Source: Eledone cirrhosa
Taxonomy: Eukaryota
NCBI GenBank assembly: GCA_964016885.1
Contig: OZ024745.1
Coordinates: 82,832,001-82,896,000 of the forward strand
Direction of reading: 5' to 3'
Length of the DNA stretch: 64,000 nt
Of this stretch, positions 28,270 through 41,140 are shown piece by piece. The number at the start of each line of letters is the position of its first letter. The first letter of the stretch is position 1. The position numbers and the translations under genes were made by a program. The notes beneath the pieces are model-generated. The model worked only from the letters and a program-made list of their open reading frames with translations. It was not told the origin of the DNA and did no database searches.

Positions 28270-31200
28270 GTATATATGTATGTATGTTATCTCTTTCTCT
28301 TAATTTCGAGTATATTTTTTTTGACCGGCCACCTTCCTGGTGGCAAGGTTGTAAAAGAAAAGAAATTGTCATCCCTTGAATCGCAAGAATGTTTTGCAAA
28401 TTTTGAAGGTGCCTGCTATCGCAGCCATTTGTAGACTATGAATTAGGGTGCTGCGCTCTTTGTGAACAAATCCAAGTTCAGTCATTCTTTGGTCCAAGCA
28501 GGTGGTATATAACCCATAGCTCCAATAATGATGGGTATGAAGCTAAAGGTGTATCTTGGATACTAGATTTGTAAACTCCTCATCAATGGTCCGTAGATGT
28601 CCTCCTTCTCCTGCAATTTTCTGACAACGTTTACATCAAGTGGGCAGCTGATCTCCACAATAGAACACATTTTCAATGTGTGGTCCCAAACAACAATATC
28701 AGGCCGATTGTGCTTTAATTTGGTGGCAATTTTTATTTTCAGGTTCCACCAGTATTCCTTAGTGCCATCTGTCTCAATATATTCTTCCTCGTTTGTTGTT
28801 AATTTTGTTTTCCGAAGTGCGTTCCAGATGGTTCTAGCTATCCCATCGTGTCTCATGGGGAGGTATTAGCGAGATGACATTCTTTCGCAGCTGGCAACAA
28901 TGTGGCTTACATCCTCCATCTTTGTTTTACATAGCCTACATTTATTGTCAGCTGCTGGCCCTCCCCTTCTGTGCAGCAGATATTTGGTAGGGAGTTCTTG
29001 TTTCTGTATTGCATAGAGATATCTCTCAAGGTGTAATGTCATAAACTTGTCGGAACTCCATGCCAGGCTTTTTGATTGTTTTATCCCCTCTATGGTCTGT
29101 GTTTTACGTCTCAAGTATCCATGCACAACTTTTTCTGTAAATTGGTCAATTTTTTCATCTTGTTTGAACATTGAATAGGATCTTCCGATTTCTCTGGGTG
29201 AGAGATTTATATCAGGCTTTATTCCATATCTCTCCTCCAGATCAGTGGCTATTCTAATGATATTTTTTTTTCATGCTCATAAACCTGGGCAAGATGGTTG
29301 CCAACCTTTTTCCTCTGTTGAAGGTGTTACTATCCGGGTCTCATAAACCCCGGCCACCTTCCTTGCGTGAGAAGTATAGCCTATCCACATCACCATTGAT
29401 GTTAAAGTTCCCAGTAACACTGAGAAGTTTGCGAGTTCTAACATCCATCTCACTTCGTTCTTGCAATGCCCAGTTCAGCAGCCCAAATGTTGGCGTTAGA
29501 ATTAGCACAGCATAAGTATTGTGGGCAATGTATTTGTTGTACGCTGACAGTTCTGATGACCATATTTTCTTTACTCTTCTGAGGTATTCAGTTCTGGTTC
29601 TCTCCTTATTTATGGGTCCATCATATCTGACATTCTCATCCTGTCCAAGATATCTGTAGTTGTTACCTGACTGTAGACGTTGTATTGTCAGGCCGTTCAT
29701 CTCTAGATTTCTAGAGGAGGGCACAGCTTTTCCACGTTTTACTGCCAAATATGCACACTTGAACTCACCAAATTTCATTTTGATGTCTGTTCAAAATTGT
29801 GTAATGAGGTCCAATTGTTTCTTGATGTCATTGATATTTGGCCCATACAACTTCAGGTCATTAACAAAGAAAGATGGGAGAAACTTCTGGACCCACTTCT
29901 TTGTTTCACCTTGTTTCCTGAGTAGGTAAGATAGTGGATTTAGTGAGAGAACGAAGAGTAGCACTGACAAGCTATCACCCTGAAAGATTCCCTTCTGGTA
30001 ATGTATCTTATCAGTCTTAACTTGCTCCTTCTCATCTCTAAGGATCAAATTGGTGTACCAATTCTTGGGCAGGCGTTCAACAGCAGCTACCAATGGTTGT
30101 GGGACTTTGGCTAACTGTAAAGCCTTAATAATCCATCCATGAGGTATCCCTATCAAATGCTTTTTGATAGTCCAGCCACACCACAGTCATGTTTCTGCGA
30201 TTCTTTGTTGTTTTTTCCTGAATCATTTTATTAGTTAGTAGGTGATCTATGCAACCCACACCTCTCTCTGTCCACGAGCTTGCTCTGGTGTTATAATGTT
30301 GTTGGTAGCACAGTGATCCTGTAAGAACAGGTTAAGGCACCCAGTATATAATTTATACATAACGTTTTGGCAGGCTATTGGGCGGTAAATTTAGCAAGGG
30401 TGGTTTGGCTATTTTGGGGAATGAGGAGAGTAGTGGCAGTTGATAACCACCTGGGCAGTTCTTGTGTGCCTTTAATGGTTTCTGTAAACAGCCGTATGAG
30501 ATCTTGCCGATAGAAAGTGAAATTCTTCAACCAATATCCTGTAATGAGGTCTGGGCCTGGTGATTTCCTATTCGACATTTTCTGTAGAGCTGTTTCCAGT
30601 ATTGACCCATGTATGTCATATTGTTTTGTCTGGACATGTTGGCAGTAGTCCTGTTCCAGTTCTTTTAGCCAATTAGTTTGTCTGTTGAATCTGTCATCCG
30701 TTTCCCATACAGATCTCCAGTAGCTCTCAACCTTTTCTTTTGAAGGGGTGTCATTTACAGGGATTGAGCTTTTGCCACCGAAGCTGCGATAAACTGATTT
30801 AGGATCTCTGGCAAACAATTTATTTAGCACTTGTCGTTTATGTGCTGTTGACTTATATTTTAGTCTTTCTGTTGTAGCTGTGAGTTATTGTTTCAACTGG
30901 TGTAATTTGGAGTTCAAAGTTTTAAATTTTCTATCTCCAATTCGTCTCTCTAACCTTTTTTATGTCTTCCTAGTGTCGTGTGAAGTTGTTCTCTATGTTG
31001 CATTTCATAACGACTGCGATGTGTGAGATACTTCGTCTCAGGGACAAAATTTTGCTTTGTAAATTTCGCATCCACGCTGGTTCAGGCTTTTTGTTTGTAT
31101 CTTGATTGCGTGGTTTTAGATGTGTGTTTTATGATAGCAATGTGACAGCTGAAACATATAACAAAATATTAAGCGTTTCGAATGTCGTTTCTACACCTTT

Positions 31201-32265
31201 AGATCGTATAGCCTTCATATTTGCCAGCTATTTCGTTCACCGCTTCCAATTCCAATTTAGTGGGTTCTTTACTGATTCTGGTGTTGTATGGTATGTCACT
31301 CATATTAAGGCTGTGTATCTCTTGAAACATTTCGTCCTATATCACTTGTAAGGTGTCCACAAGTTTTTGGTGTTCTGTTTGTACAGTAGAGTCATGAATT
31401 TCAGCCTCGTTGTTCATGTGGTGACAATTACTACTAGAGTTAACTGACCATTCTCGCTGTTCTTCAGTGGAAGTGGGATGGATTTCAGCAAAATTGTTGG
31501 TGAGCTGTTCACTGTTAGATTTAGCTGGCCATTCTCTTTGTCTGTCAGTGGAGGTGGGGTGGTTGTGTACAAGGGCTGTATTTGTAGTATCACTCAATTC
31601 CGTTAGATGTATCAATTTACATCTAATGATACGTTTTGCCTGTTCATTTAAATGCTTTGGACAAAAGTCTAATTCTGGGTGTTTGGAGTTCCATAAAGTT
31701 TTTAGCCTTTGCATAAAACCGAACTTTTGGCGTTCAGATTGTTTGTATGCTTCATATAATTCTTTGTTAAGCTCGTAGCTCCACTGTATACAACGGTTGT
31801 AGTTGCGATTTGGTCGAAGGAGACTTGTACTTTTTGCCATGATGAGTTAGTCTTTTCACTAATATTTCGTATTTATTTTTCAAAATAGTCGATGATCTTC
31901 TTTAAAAGTTTCGACAACGTTCTGTCAGAATCAAATTTAAAGTTATTCACAGCTTGGGTAATATTTATTTTCAGTTAGTTATTAATTCTACAACTGTGTT
32001 TTAAACGTTGTTCTTGAATCGTTTGAATCGAGAACAAAAAGAACCGTTACTTAGTATATTTCTTTATGAATGTAATATAATATAACAACGCTGTATTTAT
32101 ATGTTAAAGTTTATGTATCATTCATATAAATAGGTGTTCTACAACTTATTCACAACATATTCTACAACTTATTCACAACTTATTCACAACATATTCTACA
32201 ACTTATTCACAACTTATTCACAACATATTCTACAACTTATTCACAACATATTCACAGTTCAAACA
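28270..32265 (-). mobile_element. Near full-length R4/Dong-clade LINE (RT, CCHC knuckle, restriction-like endonuclease), inactivated
   Basis: Split ORFs 31840->28400: KSPGPDLITGYWLK, GIFQGDSLS, FVND (YxDD site), CRLCKTKMEDVSHIVASC, RHD, RPDIVV, VEISCP; both ends abut (CATA)/(TATG)n. Confidence 0.92.
32136..32255. repeat. 11-12-bp minisatellite (tattcacaact / tattctacaact) at the Dong 5' end
   Basis: Direct tandem repeats. Confidence 0.85.
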
Positions 32266-32883
32266 CTTATGTATGTATTTATGTATGTATGTATGTATAT
32301 ATGTATGTATATATGTATTTATGTATGTTCTTCTAATAGAGGAAGAGTCGGTTTCTAACATAGACACAAGACTCTCTAATTGGAATTTACACATCAAATA
32401 GGTAGATATGTATGCATGCATGTGTAGATATGGATGTTATTGTATGTGGATGTGTATGTTTTGAGTTGTATGTGTGCATGTGTATATGCTTTGCATCTGT
32501 ACATGTGTATATGCAGTTATTAGATGCAAAATTTATGTATGTATGTATGTATGTATGTATGATGTAATTTGTGCTGTGAGTTAACATTGAATAACTAATG
32601 GACAGAAGAGAGTGACACTGTGTTCATATTAAATACATATATATGTTTATATATACTAGAGAAAACCTAAAAGTTTAAGAAAGATAAAGAAAGGAAAATA
32701 TCTTAAAAATGTGCGCTAACCTCTCATATCTTTATCATCAGCTATCTGCTCCACGTGTTTATAAGAACTGTATACTCTTCTCCAATAGAGTCACGACGTG
32801 TAGATCATATATCCATGTAATGCTTAAATATTGCAATAACATGCATATTATTAATATATACATAATACATGCACACAGATACA

Positions 32884-32960
<77 letters not shown>

Positions 32961-33375
32961 TAACGTATCTATATAGCGATCCACTAATTCGTACTGCCAG
33001 GTATAAGTAACAACACAAACAAACAAAAGGCAAAGAGTCTTTGCATCAGTGAAAGGTAAAAAATAAAGAATAAAAACATATGTATAAAAATAAAAATCGA
33101 TACGGATTTATATTTGTAAATCTAGGATTTTAGGTAACTAAGCTGAAGGTGACACTAATATATGCACTCGACTGATTTATTTGTTGCAGTTTTTGATGTT
33201 TTTTTCGAAATTAATTTTACAATATTTTTGATTTTGTTGCATCCGTTAATCCCATATGTCGTTCGGCTTCGTAAACGATAATGCAACACACGTATATATA
33301 TGCGTGTGTGTGTATATATATATATATATATATGCGTGTGTGTATATATATATATGTGTATATATATATATGTGT

Positions 33376-33625
33376 ATATTGTTATACTTTGGGAGGGTCA
33401 TGTTGCCAATAAGAAACACACGCACCAGTTGCGTCAGTTCAATTTATTATAATAAATTTATAAATTTAGGAATTTATAAATTTCCGGTTGGTTGGTTGGT
33501 TCCACAACCAGATGGTTGTTTATATATTGTCAAAGTTTTTCGTCACACATTCTGTGACCTCTTCAGTGACTGGGGATTCTTTTCTTTATTTTTTTGTGCC
33601 TCTCGTTTGTTCTGTCCTACGCCAT
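33376..33625 (-). mobile_element. Neptune-like PLE terminal repeat with hammerhead-like motif
   Basis: Reverse complement of 36530-36795; CTGAAGA-ggtcaca..tgtgac-GAAA. Confidence 0.75.
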
Positions 33626-33637
33626 CTACGTCATCAA

Positions 33638-33693
<56 letters not shown>

Positions 33694-33837
33694 CATGCAC
33701 ACATAGATATATATGTACGTATGGATTCACCGAACATTTATTATAATGCTCGGTGTGTTTGTAAACAAACATCCCGAATTAAGCCGTACAGTGTCTAGCA
33801 ACCATCGTTGCTCATTTGTTCAACACTGACAAAGGAA

Positions 33838-33878
33838 CGCTGTACTAGTTTCAAGCTTATTAGCTATCGTCAGCAACG
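33838..33878 (-). ncRNA. Minimal type I hammerhead ribozyme
   Basis: cgttg-CTGACGA-t agct aata agct t-GAAA-ctag-TA-cagcg; palindromic helix III. Confidence 0.85.
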
Positions 33879-34119
33879 TATACCTTCCTGCCAGATGGTT
33901 GAACGTCTGAAAGTATATACTTTCCTTATGCATATTAACGGCTGAGCATATATATATGTACGTATGGATTCACCGAACATTTATTATAATACTCGGTGTG
34001 TCGTTTTCGGTACCCCGGCCGATTAACTCACTCGATATGGAAATTAGGCTGCTCAGCCGTTAATATGCATAAGGAAAGTATATACTTTCAGACGTTCAAC
34101 CCTCTGGCAGGAAGGTATA

Positions 34120-34160
34120 CGTTGCTGACGATATTTAATAAGCTTGAAACTAGTACAGCG
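34120..34160 (+). ncRNA. Minimal type I hammerhead ribozyme (helix II mutated)
   Basis: cgttg-CTGACGA-tatttaataagctt-GAAA-ctag-TA-cagcg. Confidence 0.75.
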
Positions 34161-34299
34161 TTACTTTGTCAGTGTTGAACAAATAAGCAACGATGGTTGC
34201 TAGACACTGCACGGCTTAATTCGGGATGTTTGTTTCAAACGCACCGAGCATTATAATAAATGTTCGGTGAATCCATACGTACATATATATATGTGTGCA

Positions 34300-34351
<52 letters not shown>

Positions 34352-34456
34352 CTACTGTACGTCTGTATACATGTATGTATGTACGTATACATACTTATAT
34401 TTAAGTAACAGCCGTACTAAGAGTGAGAAATGAAATTTCGTTTCATTTTTTCCGTT

Positions 34457-34502
<46 letters not shown>

Positions 34503-34522
34503 CTTATATATATATATATATA

Positions 34523-34571
<49 letters not shown>

Positions 34572-34576
<5 letters not shown>

Positions 34577-35265
34577 GGAATACTGTTGGCTTTTTGCTAC
34601 AATATTTTCTATACCTTTCATTTATATAATTATACTCGGATTTCTTTCCTAGAGTGCTTAAATTATTTGTGACTAATCCCGGTATTTTTTTATAAAAAAA
34701 CCGCGATAATATTGATTTTTGCTGAAGTCCTTATTGTAGAGTTTTTTTCGGAATGTTTTTGACTGTTGTTTCTTGTAAACAGACATTCTTCTCATTCTGA
34801 CGTCACCAGCCCTGTCTTTCCACATGTGCGTTTTATTTTTTCATAATCACGCATGATGGTGAACTAGCCTGATTTTAAAACCGTTTTTGGCATATTAATC
34901 AGTGAGACATTTTGGTTATCGAGTTGAGCTCTGCTGAGGATCGAATTCCAACCGTGACCATCTCCACTGAAAGTTTTCGTGAAATAGTCTTCAAGACTAT
35001 ACAGAGCATTTGAAGTTCTTTCCAAATTGAAGGATGAGTATTTTAAACTTTATTTTATCATGAGTTAAGGCTCTATTGATTTTTCCCTGGATTTCACTAA
35101 ATTCTGAGGATGAACCTATATCCTGATTCTCTTTGAGTCGAGTTTGAATTATTTTTCCCACATCTTACGTTAACTATTTTCCCCATTTTGACGCTATAGT
35201 CACTTATATATTATGGAATACTGTTGGCTTTTTGCTACAATATTTTCTATACCTTTCATTTATAT
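34572..35265 (+). mobile_element. Terminally redundant 638-bp non-coding unit with hammerhead (solo PLE pLTR or retrozyme-like)
   Basis: About 55-bp direct repeat ttatggaatactgttggc...ctttcatttatat at 34573 and 35211; central hammerhead. Confidence 0.7.
34928..35007 (+). ncRNA. Type I hammerhead ribozyme with complete helix III
   Basis: gctctg-CTGAGGA-t cgaa...ttcg t-GAAA-tagtc ttcaa gacta-TA-cagagc. Confidence 0.85.
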
Positions 35266-35705
35266 CTATCTATCTAAGGCGGGTAAAATTCCCGAGATCC
35301 ATGGACGAGTTCTCTCCAGCGGTCTCTGTCCCTCATTATCGCTGCCATGTCCTGCATCTCCAACAGACCAGTGTCTGTCCTTAGGGCATCAGCATACGTT
35401 AACCTTGGTCTTCCTCTTCTAGTGTGTCCATGTAGGGGCTCCCAAAGGAGTACTGAGTGCAATGTCAACTCTGGATGTCGGTGAGCATGTCCAGCTAACC
35501 TCAATCTCCTCTGTGTCACTTTTGAGCTGACTTTTGGGGTGCTCCCATACAGCTCTGAGTTTTTCATCCTCAGTGTATACTGATTAATGTTCAGAGCCAT
35601 CCTCAGCATTCTCGTGTAGCACCCATCCACCATCTGAGTGAGTTTCTTGGTCAGTGTCCAAGTCTCAGACCCATACAGCAGCACAGACTCCACTACAACA
35701 ATGTA
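35266..35705 (-). mobile_element. RTE LINE 3' end, 5'-truncated
   Basis: VVESVLLYGSETWTLT..RMLRMAL..RRLRLAGHAHR..GRPRLTY..DRDRWRELV, then a short (TAGA)n tail. Confidence 0.9.
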
Positions 35706-35761
35706 TATTGGTATATATATATATATTGCAAAATATATATATATATTTATAAACATAAATG

Positions 35762-35853
<92 letters not shown>

Positions 35854-36041
35854 TATTAGTGCAGTATACCATTCATGTAATGATGAACCGAAAATATTTG
35901 TGTATAAACTGAAAATATAATCCCAATTAGAAAACAAAAGCCTCACTAGTTTCAAAGAAGATATAGGTTAGCAAACCCCTCGTTCATCTTTCTATATACT
36001 TTATATATACTTTATTGCTTAAACTTTAATCTGTTATTTTA

Positions 36042-36091
<50 letters not shown>

Positions 36092-36113
36092 TATATTTAA
36101 AGAATCATCTGTG

Positions 36114-36150
<37 letters not shown>

Positions 36151-36159
36151 TATATATAA

Positions 36160-36408
36160 AGAATAATCTGTGCTCTACCAACATGCTAAGATAGAGCACA
36201 GGGGTAAATTAGAGAACATAGAAATAAAAATAGAATCCACACACAGAAAAGAAGCAATGTTTAGGCAAATTACAGAGGCAGTAAGCATAAAAGAATTACA
36301 ACCAAAATTAAATAAAAAATATGAGTGGAACAGCAACATCACAACTTACAATTAAGGACAAAATGAAAACACACACACACATAGAACAAACAACCAACCA
36401 ACAACATG

Positions 36409-36443
<35 letters not shown>

Positions 36444-36860
36444 ACAAATAGATAAATGAACACAAACACACACAGACACCCTGATGTGGCGCATGCGCAA
36501 ACTGAGCACACAACACACACACAGAAACAAAATGGCGTAGGACAGAAGAAAGGAAAGGCACAGAAACAAAGAAAAGGAATCCCCAGTCACTGAAGAGGTC
36601 ACAGAGTGTGTGACGAAAGGACTATGACTATATATAAACAACTATCTGGTTGTAGAACCAACCAACCAACCAGAAATTTATAAGTTTGTAGATTTGTAAA
36701 TTTATAAATTTATAAATATATAATAAATTGAAGTGAAAGCAACTGGTGCGTGTGTTTCTTATTGGCAACATGACCCTCCCAAAGTATAACAATATCGGTT
36801 TCAACACACGATTTCAGATAAAGAATCTTGCTAAACAAATTCAGAAACGAAATATATATA
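36160..36860 (+). mobile_element. Neptune-like PLE 3' end (GIY-YIG C-terminus, 3' UTR, hammerhead at about 36585-36629)
   Basis: HAKIEH..RQITEAVSI..PKLNKKYEW; agtca-CTGAAGA-g gtcaca gagtg tgtgac-GAAA-ggac-TA-tgact; terminus gaccctcccaaagtataacaat. Confidence 0.8.
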
Positions 36861-36914
36861 TATTATTATTATTATTATTATTATTAGATATGTAAGCTTT
36901 CGCCGTATTTTGAC

Positions 36915-37080
36915 TAAAGAAATTAAAGAAATTATTTAGCCTGATAGTGGGTTAAGAAACCTCGGAGAAATGGAAAAAGATAAGTATTGACGTACATGGG
37001 AGTCGAACCCACATCTTTTTCCATTTCTCCGAGGGTTCTTAACCCCACTATCAGGCTAAATAATTTCTTTAATTTCTTTA
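36915..37080. repeat. About 68-bp-arm inverted repeat containing a tRNA-like A/B-box sequence
   Basis: Arms 36915-36982 / 37012-37080; minus strand reads gcctgatagtggggttaag...gtgggttcgactccc. Confidence 0.75.
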
Positions 37081-37102
37081 ATTTCCCTCCCAAAGTATAA
37101 CA

Positions 37103-37152
<50 letters not shown>

Positions 37153-37191
37153 GTATATATATGTATATATATATATGTATATATATATATG

Positions 37192-37286
<95 letters not shown>

Positions 37287-37291
37287 GTATA

Positions 37292-38854
37292 TATATTTAA
37301 TGCTTTTGTCTTTTAAGGACCATATGAGTTCTGAGAGAGCAGTGTTGGTTATTTTAAGTTTGTATTTCAAATACAAACTTAAAAGAACCAACACTGCTTT
37401 CTCAGAACTCATATGGTCCTTAAAAGACAAAAACATTAAATATACCATCTTTTGGAAGAAGGTTTCTTCTGCATCCTCATACTTGAACAGCTCTCTATCT
37501 AAAATCTGAAATCTCTGCCTAAATGAAAAATTTACCATTATCTCTAACCTAGATTCTATAATAAATAGACGTACAGATTTGTTTTCTATCTGCCTGCATA
37601 AATTCCATAGAACTTTTCACAAAGTATACAGTTAATATTCAATTCTTTATCAATTTAGAATCTTTTCTCAAAGGCACATATACATACACCTCTTTAAAAT
37701 ATACCCATCTTCCCACCTTACTTTAAAGGGCATTATACACTCTATAATACTTGTTTACTCATTACCCTCATTCTATCTTCACCTTGTAAAATCCTTCATA
37801 ACATATACATTTGTTTTTTTGACGTTAGAATATTCATCCGCAATCATTATTATTTTTTCTCTCTATCATAAATCTTTTTAATCTCAATTTCATCCTTAAT
37901 TTATTATTTTTTCTCCCCATCAACGAACTCATTCTTAATACATATTAACTCTTTATTCGCATATATTATCAATTCCTTCAATATACAAACTTTAACTTCA
38001 CATTATTTTTCTCAAATCCTTCTACACACAAACCTTAATAATTTTTCTCTTCGTTAATTTTGAAATTGCCACAATACTTATCAATATACACTTGTTTTGA
38101 CGTTAGAATATTCATCCACAATTATTATTTTTTCTCTCTATCTTCATACATAAATTCCCTTCGTTAATTTTCAAATTCCTTTAATTTATACATTATCTTC
38201 CAACGGTTCTCAACCTCTCTATGTAAAACAATATATCTTTTTCTCAGTTATAAAAACTATCTCTTTCTCTCTATCACCCATCTCTCCCTCTCCACCTTCA
38301 CTCTCATCTCCTCCCCTTTTTTCATCCTTTCCACCCCCCCCTCCCTAAATAAAATATTTTTTCCTCGCACATATCCTCCCTTCGTTAATTTTCAAATTTT
38401 TTTTTAATTTATACATTATCTTCCAACGGTTTTCAACCTCTCTATGTAAAACAATATATCTCCTCTCAGTTATAAAAACTATCTCTTTCTCTCTATCACC
38501 CATCTCTCCCTCTCATCTCCTCCCCTTTTTCATCCTTTCCACCCCCCATCTCTAAATAAAATATTTTTCCCAATATCACACATCAATCTAAAACCACTTT
38601 TCATATGTTGATTTAAAACTGCACTATCCACAAGTGTTTTTTAGCCTTCATATCATGTTCTCCTGTTTTATCTGATGAAAACAAATATTATTGCATGATG
38701 ATGTTTGTTTTTGAAATGCGCATAATAAAATACATGGAACTCCTTTAACCATCTTTTGATCTTATATTATGTATACTCCAGTCCTACAAACTGTAGAGTG
38801 CTTCTTATCCGATATCTGCATTGCTTTATTGTACTACAATAAAACTCACCTCCT

Positions 38855-38856
<2 letters not shown>
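37292..38856 (+). mobile_element. 5'-truncated Naiad-type PLE: 5' hairpin, GIY-YIG C-terminus, long pyrimidine-rich 3' UTR, hammerhead
   Basis: [39 protein letters not shown]; internal duplication 38155-38365 / 38378-38570; ends in (TA)n; tail shared with 50045-50280. Confidence 0.85.
38655..38740 (+). ncRNA. Type I hammerhead ribozyme, palindromic helix III
   Basis: gttttat-CTGATGA-aaacaaat...tgtttgttttt-GAAA-tgcgca-TA-ataaaat. Confidence 0.85.
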
Positions 38857-38902
<46 letters not shown>

Positions 38903-38919
38903 ACACACATACATGTAAA

Positions 38920-39995
38920 TATATATATATATTTTTTATTGGAGAAGGTAAGATATTTTTCCGCAAAAATTTGATTGCACTGTTTTGCTCCCACTTATGT
39001 ATTTTTTGAAAATATTATTTATTCATTATAAAAATTAAATAATACCATTCTATATGTCAGTGGGGCCCCTTCATCTGGCAACCAATTTTTTAAAACCTAG
39101 TTCGCCACTGTATATATATATAATGTCAATCATTGTAAGTTTGAATCTCACTGACATGCAAAAACATATATATAGGAATAAGGTAAGCACAAATCATAGT
39201 CGATTCAAATATCACAAAGAAAAAGAAAGGGAGGGGGGGGGGAATATAAATGAAACTTGGATATATGAGGAACAAAACAAGGATGTAGTTTATGGAACAC
39301 CGAAATGATTTAGAAGTCGACCTTAAGTAGGAGCAATAACATTAAGAAAGACATGAACGACACCACACCATTTTGTTTTGAAAATTTTGAAAGTAGGTTT
39401 ATAAGTATAAATTTTCATGAGATTTTCGTAGTTGTCTCTGTGGCTAGCGGTAGGAGCTCGAGACGGTGGAAATCCTGGCCTTGGGTTAAATCCTAGACAA
39501 GAGGTACATGTAACCTTCTTTTAGTTTTTATTTTACAACCAATAGAAAAAAGACTGAAAAGGTTTACTGGGAACCCTATTCCCGATTAGGATCGAACTTC
39601 AGACCAGAATAACCACCGTCTATGATTTCTCCATCTAGGCCACCGAGAGAGCTATAAAAGCTTAGTGAAAATTGATAATTATAAACCTACTTTCAAAATC
39701 AAAGTTAAAATGATGTGATGTCGTTCATGGCTTTCCTAGACCTATTAGTAACATTTAGGGTCGACTTCGGGTCATTATTGAAAGTCTCTGGATTTCGCAA
39801 AATATATAATATTTTTTATTGGAGAAGGTAAAATATTTTCCCGCAAAAATTCGACTGCACTGTTTTGTTTCCACTCATGTATTTTTCGAAAATATTATTT
39901 ATTCAGTATAAAAATTAAATGATAGCATTCTATTTGTAAGTGGGCCCCTTTCATCTGGCAACCAATATTTTTAGACCCAGTCCGCCACTGTACAC
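38920..39995. repeat. About 190-bp direct repeats (38920-39112, 39805-39995), possibly DNA-transposon ends
   Basis: Shared ttttttattggagaaggtaa...cgccactgta; minus strand begins CAGTGGCG. Confidence 0.7.
39305..39780. mobile_element. Diverged palindromic (MITE-like) element with two convergent tRNA-like units
   Basis: Arms pair: gaagtcgacc/ggtcgacttc, catgaacgaca/tgtcgttcatg, ttttgaaagtaggtttataa/ttataaacctactttcaaaa, agacggtgg/ccaccgtct. Confidence 0.7.
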
Positions 39996-40416
39996 ATACA
40001 TATATGTTCTTTGAAAATGTAGAAAATCTCAAACGCAGGAAATAATTGCAAATACAGTCGATTACTATAAAAATTACTTTAGAATACCCCAACAAGCAGC
40101 CGCTACCGAGAATTTAACACTGTATCTCTCATATTATGTACATACAAACACACACACACACACATGTATGTTTGTATGAATGTATGGATATACAACTAAA
40201 TAAATAAATAAATAAATAAATATATATATAGATATATATAAATAAATAAATATACACGGGTGTGTATGATTGTGTACAGAAGATTATATTAATAAAAGGA
40301 ATTCCAACTTTGTCTGATTTACTCGTTTTATATATATATATATATATGTATTCATGTATGTACTCGTATATATATATATAGATAAACACATATCAGTCCA
40401 TATATTTGTTTATACG

Positions 40417-40485
<69 letters not shown>

Positions 40486-40859
40486 GAGGGAGATAGAAAG
40501 AGAATGAGAAATAGAGGGATATATGAAGTGACTATGTTTACGTGCATGACATAAATGTTTTGCTGAAATTACACAGCGATGGAGATAATAATTAAAGTGA
40601 TTTTACTGCAGAGACCTCACAGGAAAAGATAGCCGTAGGACATCTTATTATAGTACCAGACTACAAATTATTAGCATCAACAGAGTATTATCATGAAAAA
40701 TGTTTTATCATTACATTTTACGATATAAACACACGCAACAATATGTTGTATGTGAGTAGCAGAGATGATCTGAGTGGATTTTTTGATAGTCTCAATTTTG
40801 TCTTGAGCCAGATGAACAGGTACATGACATAACATGCCATCCATGCTGATAAAATATAG

Positions 40860-41140
40860 CGCTGAAGAATAACACTGGATGAGAAAACAGAGAAAAGATC
40901 GTATATAGCCACCACTGTATTCTTGATGAAACATTTCGTAAAGGCGCAGAACAGAAATGGGACTTGGTTTGGCTACATATGTAGAACATTTCCTGAGCTG
41001 GGCATGAAAATACTGAACGCACGCATTTTTGATGCACAAATCCGAGAGCTCATGAAAGATTCTCGTTTCCAAGATTAAATGGTCAATATTGAAAGACATG
41101 TATGGTTATAGTTTAGTATGGCTGTGAGGAATTTCTATAG
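40860..41140 (+). pseudogene. Chapaev3-like (CMC) transposase relic
   Basis: LMKHFVKAQ..FGYICRTFPEL..KILNARIFDAQIRELMKD..ER.VW..F...VRNF resembles the LMKQFVKAL..GIFDGPQIR block. Confidence 0.6.

Larger units (their letters stand above)
33712..34290. mobile_element. Non-coding fold-back element carrying two minimal hammerheads
   Basis: About 235-bp inverted arms (33712-33948 / 34050-34290) between (TA)n tracts; third partial arm at 33950-34000. Confidence 0.85.

Noticed and set aside
32136-32255. Cluster of DnaA-box-like TTATTCACA motifs
   Set aside because: Chance match within a minisatellite at a LINE 5' end; no bacterial context
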